Shown: positions 12,085 to 25,314 of the stretch, piece after piece
How positions within the stretch are numbered: position 1 is the first letter of the stretch
Layout of the letters: each line of letters begins with the position of its first letter
Assembly: GCA_024137785.1 (NCBI GenBank)
Contig: JAHRHZ010000021.1
Location: 15,454,097 to 15,518,096, forward strand
Reading direction: 5' to 3'
Length of the DNA: 64,000 bases
DNA from: Ginglymostoma cirratum
Lineage: Eukaryota
The notes under the pieces: generated by a model
Told to the model about the DNA's origin: nothing
Databases searched by the model: none
The model's input: only the letters and a program-made list of their open reading frames with translations
Position numbers and translations under genes: made by a program

Positions 12085-12213
12085 CTGCAGAAAAAAACAT
12101 CCATCATTGTTAGTATGTTGGAAACAACAGTTGTTAAAGACATTAATTCCATAGATAGTGATATCACTATAAGATTAGAATTACTTTTGTTTCCTTTTGC
12201 ATGTTGTACTTAC

Positions 12214-12318
12214 TCCATCCAGATTTGTTGCACTACATCATTCTGCATAACTGTACCAAGAGCTGTTTCAAAGGTGTCCACAGCTTCCCTCGAGCCTGCA
12301 TTAATGGACTGCCACAAG
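12214..12318 (-). CDS. ZFC3H1: ZFC3H1 exon 29 (105 nt, phase 2/2)
   Basis: atatgtag|CTTGTG ... ATGGA|gtaagt; LWQSINAGSREAVDTFETALGTVMQNDVVQQIWM. Confidence 0.93.
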
Positions 12319-12552
12319 CTACATATTTTTGAAGGTTGAACATAAAAAAGGAAAATTAAAAAGGTTGGCTATGATAGGTAGGATTGCTCATTTCAGTCAC
12401 GCAGTAATTTTCCTTCACTGAAGTTCAACAACACATACATTTATCAGTATTAACAGGAGAGTCTTGTCAAAGCCACTACCCTCTAGCAGATAAAGACTTC
12501 TTTGAATTTTAGTATTTTGCTCAAGATTAAATTCATCTGCAAGATTTCTTAC

Positions 12553-12663
12553 CAGAATATCAACCATAGATAAGGGATCTGGGTGTTCAGCAGCTCCCCA
12601 TTCAATAGTTCTTTGCATGAAGGTGCCCTGAAGTCATAAGGCATGGGATAGTTCAGGAACTGA
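12553..12663 (-). CDS. ZFC3H1: ZFC3H1 exon 28 (111 nt, phase 2/2)
   Basis: tctttttcag|TCAGTT ... TTCTG|gtaaga; QFLNYPMPYDFRAPSCKELLNGELLNTQIPYLWLIFC. Confidence 0.93.
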
Positions 12664-14464
12664 CTGAAAAAGAATGAAAATCCTTCAAACACATTTTTAA
12701 AACAAACACAAAATGGAACCAACTAGAATCCAAGAACAGCAAAGTGAAAGGCTTAACCAGATAATTTACTAGACTGTTGCATGATCCCAGGAAGCCTTCC
12801 TATCAATTAATACATTATTTTTGGTTTTAAAAATGACCAGTGGTGGAGCATCAAACAATAAAATTCACTATAGGTTCAAATCGGGTGATTTAAATTACAT
12901 CAAGCCTTCCAGGTCCTGAACCAAGACAGCAAATATTTTTTGGGAAAAAGATTATGCGTGTTTCGGAATGTCATAAAAAGGTGACTAATACATTCCAGCA
13001 TAACGCGAATGGCATAGTTAAAATATCATTCAACATCTACCTTCCCAGAATGTCAAGAAAACGCAACTTTCTGGAAGCATTTTTCAGGCTCGAACATGTT
13101 CAATTTCAGATATTCACATTTCATTTTCTAATTTATTCAAATTTGTTCAACATAGAAATAATTTTTAAACTGAAATATTCCAAATCTTTTCTCAAATTCA
13201 TTCCAAATAAAACCAATAAAGGTACGGACACAGTTTGGATGAAGAATTGCCACAGACATCATACTGTTGTACATACATTCTAGGTCAACGAATGCCTGCA
13301 ATATTGACATTTTCTTATAGTAATCTGTCCTGATTTCTGACATTTCCAGTTACACAAAAGAAAACAAAAACAAATCTGATGAAAAAGACACACACTAATA
13401 TATTAAGAAAAGAGACAACCCTCAGGATCCGCTGTCTGAAACCTTCATCTTAAAAGACTGCAAAGTACTTAAATACAAAAGCAGAACTTGAAAATACATG
13501 AGGGTCCAAACAAAAAGCCGGAAAAAAATGCAGCTCAAGCTACAATTCAAGATCAAAGCCACTTCAATGAAGAATGTGGCAAATCTGGATAAATGAATAT
13601 ACATTAGCGAGGATAACTGACAGCATCTCCTTAGGGCCTGTGGGTAATATCCTGACACTACAAAAATAATTTAACCTATTGGAAGATTTTCTAGAAATCA
13701 AAAAGCGCATACAAGACCAAATTTTACACAAAATGGCTGGCATTCTCAAGTAGAACACCAGTACAAATGTTCCTGTTTTAGTACTGAGAGATCAAAATGG
13801 ATCATGACCGCCAAATTTCAAAGATCCAAAAATCGAGCAAAATGTACAGTTGAGTGATTGAAGCAGCACTGGAGAAAGCCAATATAAACTGCCCCACCTA
13901 GATTACGGAAAGATTTTAGTTCATGTTTTGCAGAACTGAAGAAATACAGGTTCTTAGCAATTTAATGAAATGGTTTTCTCGGCTGCTATTTGATACCAAA
14001 GATTTTGTGAGGTAGAAAATTCAATTGAAATCTCAATTTCCTAAACAGTAAACATGAAAGACCCTCACCATGGCAAATAAGAACTTTTATTGTACTAACC
14101 AGAATAATATGCCACCAAGAGATAAAAGAAATATGCATGCATCTATTCTGAGACACAATATGGAAAGATCATATCACATGAAAACCTCAAAGCGGTGTCT
14201 GCACAGTTCTATCACTCTGAATAACAAATTTTGTAAATAAATGGATGAATTCATGTCACAGATTATGCAGTACTTCAATGAGTATACATTGCAGCTCTGA
14301 TATCCTGTTTTCACAATTTATAGTGGAAACATTATCAGAAGGCATCAATGAACATGGGTGGTATCAACAACATACTGGCTTCTTACAGCAACTCATTGTA
14401 TTTACACAATGGTCACTGAAAAGAACAACCACATTTTAATAGTTCGGATTCTCAAACCATGGTT

Positions 14465-14850
14465 ATTTTTCTTTATTCTTTCATGGGATGTGGGCATTGC
14501 AGGTAAGCCCAGCATTATTGCTGATCTCCAGTTTTCCTTGAATAGGAGTGACTTGCCAGACCATTTCAGAGAGCAAATAAAAGTTGAGCACACTGCTTTG
14601 AGTCTGAAATTAGAGGTCAGATGAGGTAAAGATGACAAAGGTCCTTCCCTACAGAACATGAATTAGATGGGCTCTTACAACAGTTTGACACTTTCACGGT
14701 GACCACCACTCAGACTGGCTTTTATTTCCAGATTTGCTAATGGAGTTTAAATTCCACGAGCTGTCATGGTGGGATTCAAACCTATGTCACCAGATCGTTA
14801 ATCCAGCGGTCCAGGCTAAGAGTCCAATCGCATTACTATTACACCAGGTT
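14465..14850 (-). mobile_element. Shark tRNA-derived SINE
   Basis: Same family as 1750-2070; B-box-like ggtttgaatcccaccatg on the minus strand. Confidence 0.7.
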
Positions 14851-15071
14851 CTCTCCATATGTGGTGTGAAAGTAAACAGATTTCTGCAAGGAGGGCTCAC
14901 GTTAGGAGAAAAAGGGTTCCACAATTTCTAGCAAACCTGGCTTATACAACTTAAATACTTTAAGTACAACAATTAAGGATTTAAATTCAAGACAAGGATT
15001 TCACTAAATAGCAACACAGTAAGTCTGTTCTTAAAATAGAGCTTTTTCCGGGCACTGAGGTCAAACCTTAC

Positions 15072-15166
15072 CGTAAAGTATTTGCAGGGTGGCACGTGGG
15101 GACTTCCCCCTCAAAGAAGGAGTCGATAAATTCTTGAAACAGAACAGGAATAAGGTCTCTCTTTTT
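15072..15166 (-). CDS. ZFC3H1: ZFC3H1 exon 27 (95 nt, phase 0/2)
   Basis: cttttttgtag|AAAAAG ... TTACG|gtaagg; KKRDLIPVLFQEFIDSFFEGEVPTCHPANTLR. Confidence 0.92.
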
Positions 15167-15684
15167 CTACAAAAAAGAGAGATGCTGAAATGATAATTTG
15201 CTTTTTATGTATCGCAGTATTTCATACTTCATTTACAACAGCCAAACGATTTATAACTCAATAGAAAATACAGCCAAGGAGACAATTTGACTACTTTGCT
15301 TAAATTTCACTTAACCAGAAGAAAAGGTCTTTTAATGTTTTAAATAATGTCACCGGCCTAATGAACTAGCTCCAGATTAAGATTAAGACCCCATTACAAC
15401 AACCATGGTTATACAAAATGGTGGAGCAGGCTAATTGGTTCAATGGCCTAGTCCTGTTCCTATTTCTTATGATCCTGAACACAATTTGTTTAGCAAATCA
15501 CCGAATAAGAGGAATTAAGTGGGCAATGGAGAGAAGATTCTGTTCCTACTTCCAAGGAGTTAGAAGATCTTTCAGCTCCCAGTACCAATCAAAACTCTGA
15601 ACTGTCTGGTGCAATACATGGAATCTGTCAGTCTTGCAATATATTCTGTTTGAGAAGGGAACATGCAAAAACGTAAATACATAC

Positions 15685-15883
15685 CACTGAAATAAAGAAC
15701 TTGAATGCATAATAGAATAATTGAGCGTTATGGGGGTTCCTTCTAAATGCACAGAGCCACTCATTAGCAGCATCTTCGATTTGTTTTCTCTCTAAATAGA
15801 GGTCAGCTAAAGCTTCAGTAAGTTGATAAGCAGCTGGACAGGATTGTAGCAGTGTCTTGCAAAGTTTTTCAGCAGTTTCCCAT
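15685..15883 (-). CDS. ZFC3H1: ZFC3H1 exon 26 (199 nt, phase 2/0)
   Basis: tttttcag|ATGGGA ... TCAGTG|gtatgt; WETAEKLCKTLLQSCP...NPHNAQLFYYAFKFFISV. Confidence 0.94.
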
Positions 15884-16071
15884 CTGAAAAAAATAATTCC
15901 AAAACGTAAGGACCCTGAAATTAACAAGTACCAAACAAGTTACTGTGTTTTAGTATTCAATTAAGTAGAACTTTAAAGGCATTGACATTAAACACTAATG
16001 TCATTAACGTGTGTACAAATTAAATACTCCATTTCTACTTCAATGTTACTTGTGAGCTTAAGTAACCATAC

Positions 16072-16177
16072 CTTCCCATTAACTTCAGTACTAAAATCAT
16101 ATTTCTGTAAATTGAAAGACAGGCTGCAATTCTCTCCTCCGTTGAAGGGCAGTCTTCAGAACATGCACGGACAGCAT
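16072..16177 (-). CDS. ZFC3H1: ZFC3H1 exon 25 (106 nt, phase 1/2)
   Basis: tttgcttag|ATGCTG ... GGAAG|gtatgg; DAVRACSEDCPSTEERIAACLSIYRNMILVLKLMGR. Confidence 0.93.
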
Positions 16178-16274
16178 CTAAGCAAATTGTTTAAAAAGAA
16201 ATCATGAAACCATTGAAATTTTGACTTGTAAATTAACAAGCTGCATTAAAAGATTCAAAACTTATCAACTTCAC

Positions 16275-16515
16275 CTTCAAACAATGCAAGTAATGTGTCA
16301 GGATGTGTTTTTATATCTTTTGACGTTTGCCAAGGGATGAGAAATGGCTCCTTCATTACAAGTTTGGAAGGAACTGCTACAGCTGGATCGAAGAACCGGC
16401 AAGGCAGAGTGTTGAATTCAATGAGGTGAATATAGGCTAACCAAGCCAGACAGCAGTCATTTGTATTTAAATATCCTGCCACACTTTTGTTACCATCTGA
16501 ACTTTTCAAAGCATT
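16275..16515 (-). CDS. ZFC3H1: ZFC3H1 exon 24 (241 nt, phase 0/1)
   Basis: gttttacag|AATGCT ... GAAG|gtgaag; NALKS...CLAWLAYIHLIEFNTLP...HPDTLLALFE. Confidence 0.95.
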
Positions 16516-17079
16516 CTGTAAAACATGATCAAAAATATGTTAACAATTGTTAATTCATACATTCAACTTTCATCCTTACCTGGTCTGGCCTAGGGGTAAT
16601 TCCAGACCCACAAAAATTCCGTTGACTCTTAACTGCTTTCTGGGAATTAGGGATAGGTAATATATGCTGTTCTAGCCAGTGATGCTCACATCCCATGAAC
16701 CAATTTTTAAAAAAAAGTATTAGAAAACTCAAAGAAAATTACCAAGATGCAGATGTCCTATCAGCATAACTCAAAATCCTGAAAATTTGAAAATATGGAA
16801 GTTTTACTTTTACCACAAAAATGCAAAGTGGTAAATTGGGACATCCTTACTCAGACTGAATATTACATTTTAATCAATGTGCAATTTATGTTGGAAATTT
16901 ACAAAGCTGGCGTCAACTTAAGTGACCTTCTTTACTTTTAAAAAAAGTGAAAGATTTATCTTAGTATTACTTTAGAAATAAAAAATCATCTTTAGGTATG
17001 AACAGGAAACAAGTTTGAACCATTTGGATATCAAGCGAGACAACTGTTTTCAAATTTACAGATAAAACAACTGAGTACA

Positions 17080-17700
17080 AAAATGACACTGCCCTGCAAG
17101 GGATTACTGAACAAGATGAAAAGAAGAAAAACGCTGAAGAAATTCAACGTCAGTAAGAGTCTGCAAATTTGGGCTAAAAGTGTACAATGGAAGCTAGGTG
17201 GTACGGAATGCATGGGAGCAGCTTATGTTCAGAATGTATTTAAAGCAGCAGCTCAATTGGATAGGGACATTAGAAACAGCTAATGAAATACTGAGGCTTA
17301 TGGCAAGAAGGCTACACAAGAAATGAATCAATATGTAGCGATAAATTTGTACATCACGCTGTATCACAATTGGAGGTGGTGCAGAGTTTTGGGCTCCACA
17401 TTAGAGGGTAAAACAGTTTGAGAGCATTGCGCACATTAGGAAATATAATTATGAAGACAAATAAAAACTGGAGTACATGATTTACTACAGATGTTTAAAA
17501 TTATGGAAGGTAAATAAATCGAAGCAAACTACTTGGAGCAAACAACTGGACTATAATGAAGGGACTGTGTTAAAGGTGCTGTGGATTGAACTACTAGAAT
17601 TTTTGATCAAGGAAATGCTATAGCAACTTTTGAAAATTTAGAAGGTTGGTTTTAAAGAATGAGAGCAGGGCAGGCATAAAGATTTAAGACAACCGTTCAA
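17080..17700 (+). mobile_element. Highly degenerate CR1 LINE fragment
   Basis: Remnants of YKTLVRPQLEYC and aggagtacatgat..gatgtttaaaattatg motifs. Confidence 0.45.
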
Positions 17701-18869
17701 GGAGAATAAATGCCACACTATTAAGTTGAAACTTTAAGTGCACTGGAATTCTGACCATCAACCAGAAATTAGTCATGCATGCACACTCAGCCACAATGTA
17801 GCCACCAATACATGCACGATCAATCTTAACGCCATGCTGGTCAACAACAGGAGCATCGTTATAGCAAATCCCAATTCCTGCACAGCCCAGGTAGTTCCAA
17901 TCAATAATTAAAGACTCAATCCTAAAGATTCTGTTTTTCCAGCCTTGTGTTGGGAAATGTGTTTGTAATATTTATTAGGCACAACAATAAAAAGTTTATT
18001 TTTCTGGGAAAGCCTAACTACTGAAGAATACTTTTCTTTGTATAAAGTAATACTGTATGCAAGGACAAGACGATACATTTTGATACTGCTCAGTTTTCTG
18101 ATCGCATCTGCAGAAGTCCAATTAGGAAAGTATTTCAAATGTATCCAAGACGGGAATTTTATTAATAGTGACTGGCAAATGAGCAGAACATTTTGGAGAA
18201 ACCGTCAATACTTACAGGATTCTGTTTTACTTTATATGCAAATACCTGGATTTAGTTAGCATCTTAATTTAAATTCAGATGCCAGTGCAGTTGAAAATGA
18301 GGTGTAGAAATCAGCTGTGATAAAAGTCTCAATTACAATGGCTGACACTGCCTCTGCATGTGCAGGAAATGCTCCCGCTTGTGTTGCAGCATAAATAAAC
18401 GCAACCTTGACTGCTATAATATTTATGCCATCACATCCCAAACATTTGACCTCTGTGGCTCTATGTAGAAGCTTGAAAATGATTCTAATTTGTCACTGAG
18501 GCCTGTCAGTGTGGAAGGATAGCTGTGCATCTCACTTGGTTGGAGCACCACATGCCTAAAATTTCAGCTTGTGATCCCATTTTGGGCAGCCCTGGTATAT
18601 GCAATTCCAGAACCTCATGCCTGATCCTGGTCCAGTCAGCACACAATGGACAATTCATCAGCTGAACAGCAACTTAAAGGTCTAGTGGGCATATCTTCAA
18701 TTTTAATAGCTAGGAATACCAGGGCCAATTCTAAAGCTACAAAGAGCAATCTGCTAAAAGACTAATACAGTGAGTACATTTAGAAGTGAGAAATAATGAA
18801 TGGTTATCATGGACTTCCAAAGAAAATTTTGTTTGAATACCAAGACTTAACAGAATATATAGTAATGCA

Positions 18870-19560
18870 GGTGCTATTTACGAGGATTCTTAAAAGGCTT
18901 TTGATGAGGTACCCCATAATACATTAATGAATTAGGTTACAGAATGCGAGATCGGGACAAGCAGCAGAACAGCCTGCTAGCTGGCTTCAAGATAGAAATC
19001 AGAAGGTGGGTGTAAAAGGTTGACAAAGTTGGAAATGGCGTTCCGTAAGGATCAGTCTTGGGACTCCGTTCTGATGACCATAATACAGGGAAGGTATAGA
19101 AGCAATTGAAAGGGTGCAGAGAAAATTTTAGAATGACAAGTATATGGACACACACGTCAGAAAAACAAAGGTGGGCTTCTCGTCCTTGACAAGAAATGTG
19201 ATTGAAGGTTCGTAAAATTATGAAAGCACTCAGGAATGAATACAGAGCATGGTTCCTTTTGTAGCCACCCATTTAAGACTGTCACCAAGAAATCCAAATA
19301 GTAATAAACCTTCTGAATTTCCCAAGGCAACTAAGTAATATGGAACTATTGACCACAGGGAGTGGTTGAAGAACATACAGACACTTTCAGAGGAAACCAA
19401 AGATTTGAGCGAATGGGAATAAGTGGTTACAATGCGATTTAGATGAGAAAAATTGGGACATTAAGAAAAATTGAGAGGAGGCTTGAATGGTATAGTGTAG
19501 TGTGGACTGGTTGGGCCAAATGGTTTATTGCTATTTCATCTATTTCACGTAATCCTATGT
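18870..19560 (+). mobile_element. Degenerate CR1 LINE (RT to 3' end, with internal deletions)
   Basis: aaaaggcttttgatgaggtaccccataa (KAFDEVPH), gttccgtaaggatcagtcttggg (GVPQGSVLG-like), ggactggttgggccaaatgg tail. Confidence 0.7.
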
Positions 19561-20842
19561 AAGCTGACTAACTTTAAACCAAGTTTCAAAAAACGTTCAT
19601 AGTATCTTATTAATAAAAAGGTAGGAGTGCCTGATGATCTAAACAGAATTATAAAACCAGAAGTTATAAAACCAAAACGAACTAAAATCACTTACATAAC
19701 TATATGGAATTTTTTTTTTTAAAAAAGTAGCAACATTCCATGAAAAGAACTGAAGTGGCTAATAAATCTATTTTGGTACATTAAACCAACTCCCAATTCT
19801 TCAGTGCCCAAAGGTTCTTCAACATACACCTGAACCATTCGGACCAAGGCAAGCAGTTTTGGCCAATTTTCCACAAAGGATTTGGAAATGAATCTCAGAT
19901 TTAAATTCTCTTTACAGCTATCCGGTGCAGCTTGAGACAAAGAAGAATTCATCTGTTAATGAGCCATACAGATGGCTAGACAGACAATTTTGGGGAATAT
20001 TGCTATTCAATGATTCCAACTTAAACAGACTGTCAGGATGTGTCCCATTTATTGTGAAAACTGCTAGTAGTTTCTAGAGCTCACACTTTAAGGTAGGCAT
20101 AAAAGTGGAATCTGGCATGTAAAGGAAAATGTGAAAACTTCCAAAGTTGATCAGAACCAGGAGTCTATCCCAGAAACGTTAAATTAGCAAGCTAATAACT
20201 TTTACTTCATTTCCATCCAAATGACTAGAGACCTATAACATCCAGTTCATGTCAGAACTGAAAAATGTATTATTAAATACTGGGTATCTGAGGAATATCA
20301 CGAAATAAGAGACAACCAAATCTCTGACCAGGGTTTCCAGCAATACCAAACCAGAGAGAACACCCAAGACAAGCTTGAAATGTGTCACACCATGATTCAA
20401 GTCTGCAAGAATGGACGATTAGATCTCTCAATAATTGTAACCATGAAGGCCAGTACAGATGAGAATTGTTCCAATATCTCAAATTCCTAATACAAACAAT
20501 CTTGGATTCTCAATTCAGAATTATATCAAAGAGAAACCCCCCAAAGGTAATCTCTTTCAAACTTGCTGACTCATTTAATTTAAAAAAACACCAAATGAGA
20601 AAGCAAATAACTGGATATTGAAATCAGGCTCCCCAGGTCAGTGGGCCATAAGGCCTTCACCCATAGCTGGGATAATGCTGCTCAAGAGTATCTAGGAATC
20701 AAGGACCCTCTAATGGCAGCAGTATAATGAGGACACAGCAAATGTACTCAGTGCTTATGAAGTCTGCTTACACCATCAAGGCAGCTCAAAATTTGGAACT
20801 AAACCATAGTTAATGTACACATGAACAATTTCTGAGGCTTTC

Positions 20843-21880
20843 ATTTATTCACGGATGTGGGTGTCGTATCCTGGGCCAATTATTGCCCATCCCTAGCTCC
20901 TAGGTGGTGGTCATAAACTGCCTTCTCAAATCACTGCAGTCCATTTGGTGCAGGACAATGCCGCCATGGAGGGATTTCTAGTATTTTGACCCAACAACGT
21001 GAAGGAATGGCGATCTATTTCCAAGTCATAATGGTGAGTGGCTAGGAGGGGATCTTGCTAGTGGTGGTATCTGCTGCCCTTGCCCTTCTAGATGTTAGGG
21101 ACCACGAGCTTGGAAGGAGTTATGTAAGGAGTCCTGGTGAACTTCTACAGTGCATCTTGTAAATGGTACGAATTGTTGTTACTGAGCATTGATGGCAGAG
21201 GGAGTGGATGTTTGCAAATATGGTGCAATCAAATGGGCTGCTTTGTCCTGGACGGTGTTGTGTTTCTTGGGCATAGTTGGAGCAGCATCCATCCATGAAA
21301 GTGGGGTGTATGCGGACACAGTTGTGCATTGTAGACAATGGACAATAGTTCTGGGTGAGTCAGGAGGGGAGTTACTTGCTGCAGGATAGCTAGCCTCTGA
21401 CTTTTTGTAGCCACGGCATTTATATGGCTCCCACTAGTTCAGTTTCTGGTCAATAGTAACGCTCAGGATGTTGCTAGTGGGGGAATTCAATACTGATAAC
21501 TTCACTGATGTCTTGGACACGTGGCCTGGCATTCACATGGCACGACTATTAGATACCACGTTTCAGCCCAAGCCTGGATAATATGCAGGTCTTGTAGCAT
21601 TTAGAGACAGACTGCTTCAGGATCTGAGGAGTTGCAAATGGAGCTAGATGTTGTGCAGTCAGTGACAAACAATTCTACTCCTAACCTTATGTCAAGGGAA
21701 GGTAAGTGAAGAAGCTGAAGACCGCAGGACCTAGGACACTACCCTGAAAGAACTCCTGCAGAGATATTCTGGAAGTGGGATGGCTGACCTCCAACCATCT
21801 TTCTTTGTGCCACGTACGATTCCAACAAGTGCACAGTACCCACCCCCACCCTTGATTCTCGTTCAGATAGAAATCCTTTA
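20843..21880 (-). mobile_element. LINE of the CR1/L2 group (second shark family), RT C-terminus plus 3'UTR
   Basis: Minus-strand translations ATKSQRLAILQQVTPLLT and ANIHSLCHQCSVTTIRTIYKMHC; tail ggatgtggg..gccaa.ttattgcccatccc. Confidence 0.8.
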
Positions 21881-22114
21881 TGCCACAGCAAAACTATGCA
21901 AAGCTAACAAATATGTCATCTAATATTTGTAGATATTACTGCACAATAAAGGGTGCTCTCAGGAAGTTATATTAAACTATTTTCTCAGGAAGAGAATTAT
22001 CAGTCCAAAATGTTTTTTTTGGGTCAATGTGAAATAATTTTAGATTAGCTTATTGATAGATAGTTTAAAAACATCAAGTTAATCAAAAGCCATCTCCAAT
22101 TCTTAAAATTATAA

Positions 22115-22685
22115 CATGAAAGCACAGATCATTATTCAGCCCACTGTACCTGTTACAGTACTTCACTAAAACCAAGTACTCCTAAGTCCCCTGCTCTTTC
22201 TCCACAGCTCCACACTTTTCTCACCTTTCAGTACTCCAATTATTTATGCTTTTCAACATACACATTGAACCTTCCTCCACTGTGCTTTCAAGCCGTGCTT
22301 CTCTGTTCAGTGCAGTTCATTACTGCAGTATTATTTTGCAAATTTCATCCATTTTCTATGCTAATCTATCGCTTCTGCCAAGAGACCTAACATCAGGAAC
22401 AGTTCTCATGATTCTGAGCAGCTCTCAAATCTGTTTTTAAAAAACTTCTATTGTAAAGATTTTCTCGAATTAAGTCCCTCACCATTGGTACTATTCCAGC
22501 AAATCTCTTCCGCATTTTCTCCAAGGCCTCATTGTCGTTCCGAAAATATGGTTTCAGAATTGAACACAACACTCCCAATTGGGGTCAATTTGTTCATGCG
22601 TGTTCTCTTGCTTCCATACTCCAAAATCAACGCTGGGACCACCATACACTTCTCTCCATGTACCAGATCGTACAATTTCAAACTC
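22115..22685 (-). mobile_element. CR1 LINE 3' fragment ending about 20 nt from the exon 23 donor
   Basis: Minus translation GVLCSILKPYFRNDNEALEKMRKRFAGIVP. Confidence 0.7.
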
Positions 22686-22706
22686 AAAGAATTCCAAAAT
22701 ACAAAC

Positions 22707-22898
22707 CTGAAAGATGGCCAGTGCATTCTGATGCCTTCCAGTAAAGAGACTTAATTGCACCCAATAAAGGAGGGATTGAAGTAGTTGAAAAGACAGAATT
22801 TCAGATTTTTCAGATTTTTCAATTGTTTCCATTAGGAACTGCACAATTCGACTGCACACATAGTCTTTTCCATCAAAGGAATTCTCGAGCGTCAAATA
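22707..22898 (-). CDS. ZFC3H1: ZFC3H1 exon 23 (192 nt, phase 0/0)
   Basis: gattgcag|TATTTG ... TTTCAG|gtttgt; YLTLENSFDGKDYVCSRIVQFLM...LSFQLLQSLLYWVQLSLFTGRHQNALAIFQ. Confidence 0.95.
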
Positions 22899-23259
22899 CT
22901 GCAATCAGAAAATAACACTACGGATGTAAAGGAAGATCAATCTCAAACATTCCAAACAGCACACAGTCATTGAATCACTTTTCGAACAGTGTTATTAGAT
23001 AGGGAACCACTGAAGGTAAATTGCAACGAAACCACAATAAAATAACAGACAAATTAATAATCCTTTGATGACTAAGTATTACATTTTGGTTACAACACTA
23101 GGTGAATCTCTGTTTCCCTTCTAGTATTTGGAACAGTAACAATCCAAAATAGATACTTAATCTAACATCTCAACTTAAAAATTGCACATCCAACAAGCAA
23201 GATTTTCACATTACTGTGCAACACGGAAAGCTAGATTGAGTGCAAGTTTTTGTTTTAAA

Positions 23260-24240
23260 TGCTTTCAGGGGTGTGGGCTTTGCTGACTGAGCCAGCATTT
23301 ACTGCCCATCCTTATTTGCCCTGCAGAAGGCAATGGTGAACTGTCTTGAACCACTGCAGACCATTTGGTGTACACAGATCTACTCTGCTGTTAGGGAGGA
23401 AGCTCCATGAATTTGAACCAACAACACTGAAGGAAGAACGATATATTTCCAAGTCAGGACGATGGGTGACTTGGAAAGGAGGTTGCAGGCAGTGGTGTTC
23501 CCATATTTCTGCTGCCGTCAACGCGCATCTGGTTGTCAACGAACAAGTGCATCTACAGCAGGCAGGTTGGTGAGGACAAGGACAAGTATATTTCCCCTCT
23601 CCTTGGTTCCATCATCACAGTCCAGCAATAAGTCCTTTAGGACTCAATCAGCTCAAATCAGTAGTGGTATTTCTGAATCAGTGAACTGCATTGAAGTACA
23701 CTGTGCACCCTTGGCCACCATCAGTACTTCCTCAATGTGCCCCTGCAATGCTCAGTGCTTCCTCCAAGTAGCTGCCAACAAGAAACACTGATTCAACAGA
23801 AAGGTGGGGGTTGCAGGGGCTTCTGGTAAATCAGGTTTCTTTGCCCATGTTTGACCTGATGACATGGGACAAGGAACTCTGTCCCGAACAGCATTGTGGG
23901 TATACCTAAACCAAATAGACCGCAGCAGTTCAAAATAGCACTCATCACTACCTCCTCAAAGGCAACTTGGGATGGGTAATAAATGCTGGCCCAGGCAATG
24001 ACACCCACATTTCATGAATGGATTTCAAAAAAACTTGAGTCCAGGGTTAATGTTGAGCACACTCAGGTCAACTCACGTTCTTCCATATACAACTGTACCA
24101 CCACCTCTGCCGAGTCGGCCCTGCCATTGGGACGAGACATACACAGGGAAGCACGGTGGTGTCATATTCAAACGGTAGGCATTTGCTTGACACGTCTGAG
24201 ACACAGTTCTCTAACTACCTCAAAATCCAGGGTGCTATAT
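23260..24240 (-). mobile_element. Second-family LINE fragment interrupted by an opposite-strand 3' tail (about 23870-24030)
   Basis: Near match to the 20843-21100 3'UTR; internal reverse-complement copy ggatgggtaataaatgctggcccagg..cccacatttcatgaatgg. Confidence 0.7.
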
Positions 24241-24443
24241 TTGAAGGATTAGAAATGAGGTTACACAGCACCAATGTTGAATTAAATGTTTAGTCCTTGT
24301 TCTCAAGGCTCATGTAATCAGAGGATACAGCAAGAAAGCAGGCACAAGTTATTGAGTTGGATGATCAGCCTACCCCTGCTTCTACTTTCTATATTCCCAT
24401 GTTACCTAATATTGATATTTTCAGACAATTCCAAAGTACTTAC

Positions 24444-24630
24444 AGTCCACCAAACAGCATTTGTAGGGGCATACTGTACAGCCGTCTCGCACATTTCTTG
24501 AACCTCTTCCTTTGTACCTCGTTTTGAAAACAAGTTGAGATAATGGCACCAAATTTCAGGATCTGTTCTGTTAATTTCAAGTGCTCGAGCTAAAGCGTTG
24601 AGTGCTGCATCTAAACATTCTGTTGGAGTC
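24444..24630 (-). CDS. ZFC3H1: ZFC3H1 exon 22 (187 nt, phase 2/0), HAT/TPR-like repeats
   Basis: tttttactag|GACTCC ... TGGACT|gtaagt; ECLDAALNALARALE...PEIWCHYLNLFSKRGTKEEVQEMCETAVQYAP. Confidence 0.96.
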
Positions 24631-25314
24631 CTAGTAAAAAGCAATCAAAATCAATGCAAAGTCCAAAATGAGAATTTTTCCAAGACACACTCTAGCATTT
24701 AAAAAGAGGACAATGTAGGCACCATCCCCATAATTCCCATATGTTAATTTTCTCATCATTCAGGGAGGAAAATAGAGGGGCCAGGCAGCAGAGTACTTTG
24801 AGAGGAAAGGCATGACATTTTTCTTTGAAATGCAAGTGTGAAATTACTAAAGGGTGTTTGCAATGCACACCTCCAACATCCATGATGTTAAAGTGTTTGA
24901 AAATACATTAGTGCCAACTACTGACAAGGAGCAGCTATCTAAAATACAGTATTCATTTAAATAAATAACTGACCACAGAAAGTAGAACAAGAGATTTTAA
25001 TGCAGTGACAAGTTTCAGTTGAAGTATCTGCCCAAATTTAGGGCATTCAAAATATCAGCTCTATATTTTCAGATGTTTCACCATCATTATTCTTCTGAAT
25101 CTGGCTATAACTTTGGAATTTGGCACAATGGAAAAACACTGAAATCCTGATGTTCTGGTCAATAATTTTTTTGCTTCACCACAGGTGGTATTGTGCTCAT
25201 CTCAACAACTCCCACCTACCATCGTAGCTACCCAATTCCACGAGTAAATCAGCAAAAGCTGATCAGGCAAGAACTTCATTATTACTCATACCTGACAGAC
25301 ACCCCACAAAAAAA

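Noticed and set aside
13205-13290. Minus-frame peptide CPYLYWFYL resembling the exon 28 motif PYLWLI
   Set aside because: No flanking splice sites in phase; the true exon 28 is at 12553-12663.
13897-14040. AG...GT-bounded segment in intron 27
   Set aside because: Weak donor (gtgggg), in-frame stop, and not needed for the gene model.
19643-19675. Short duplication agaattataaaacc / agaagttataaaacc
   Set aside because: Two imperfect units in AT-rich intron sequence; ordinary slippage.
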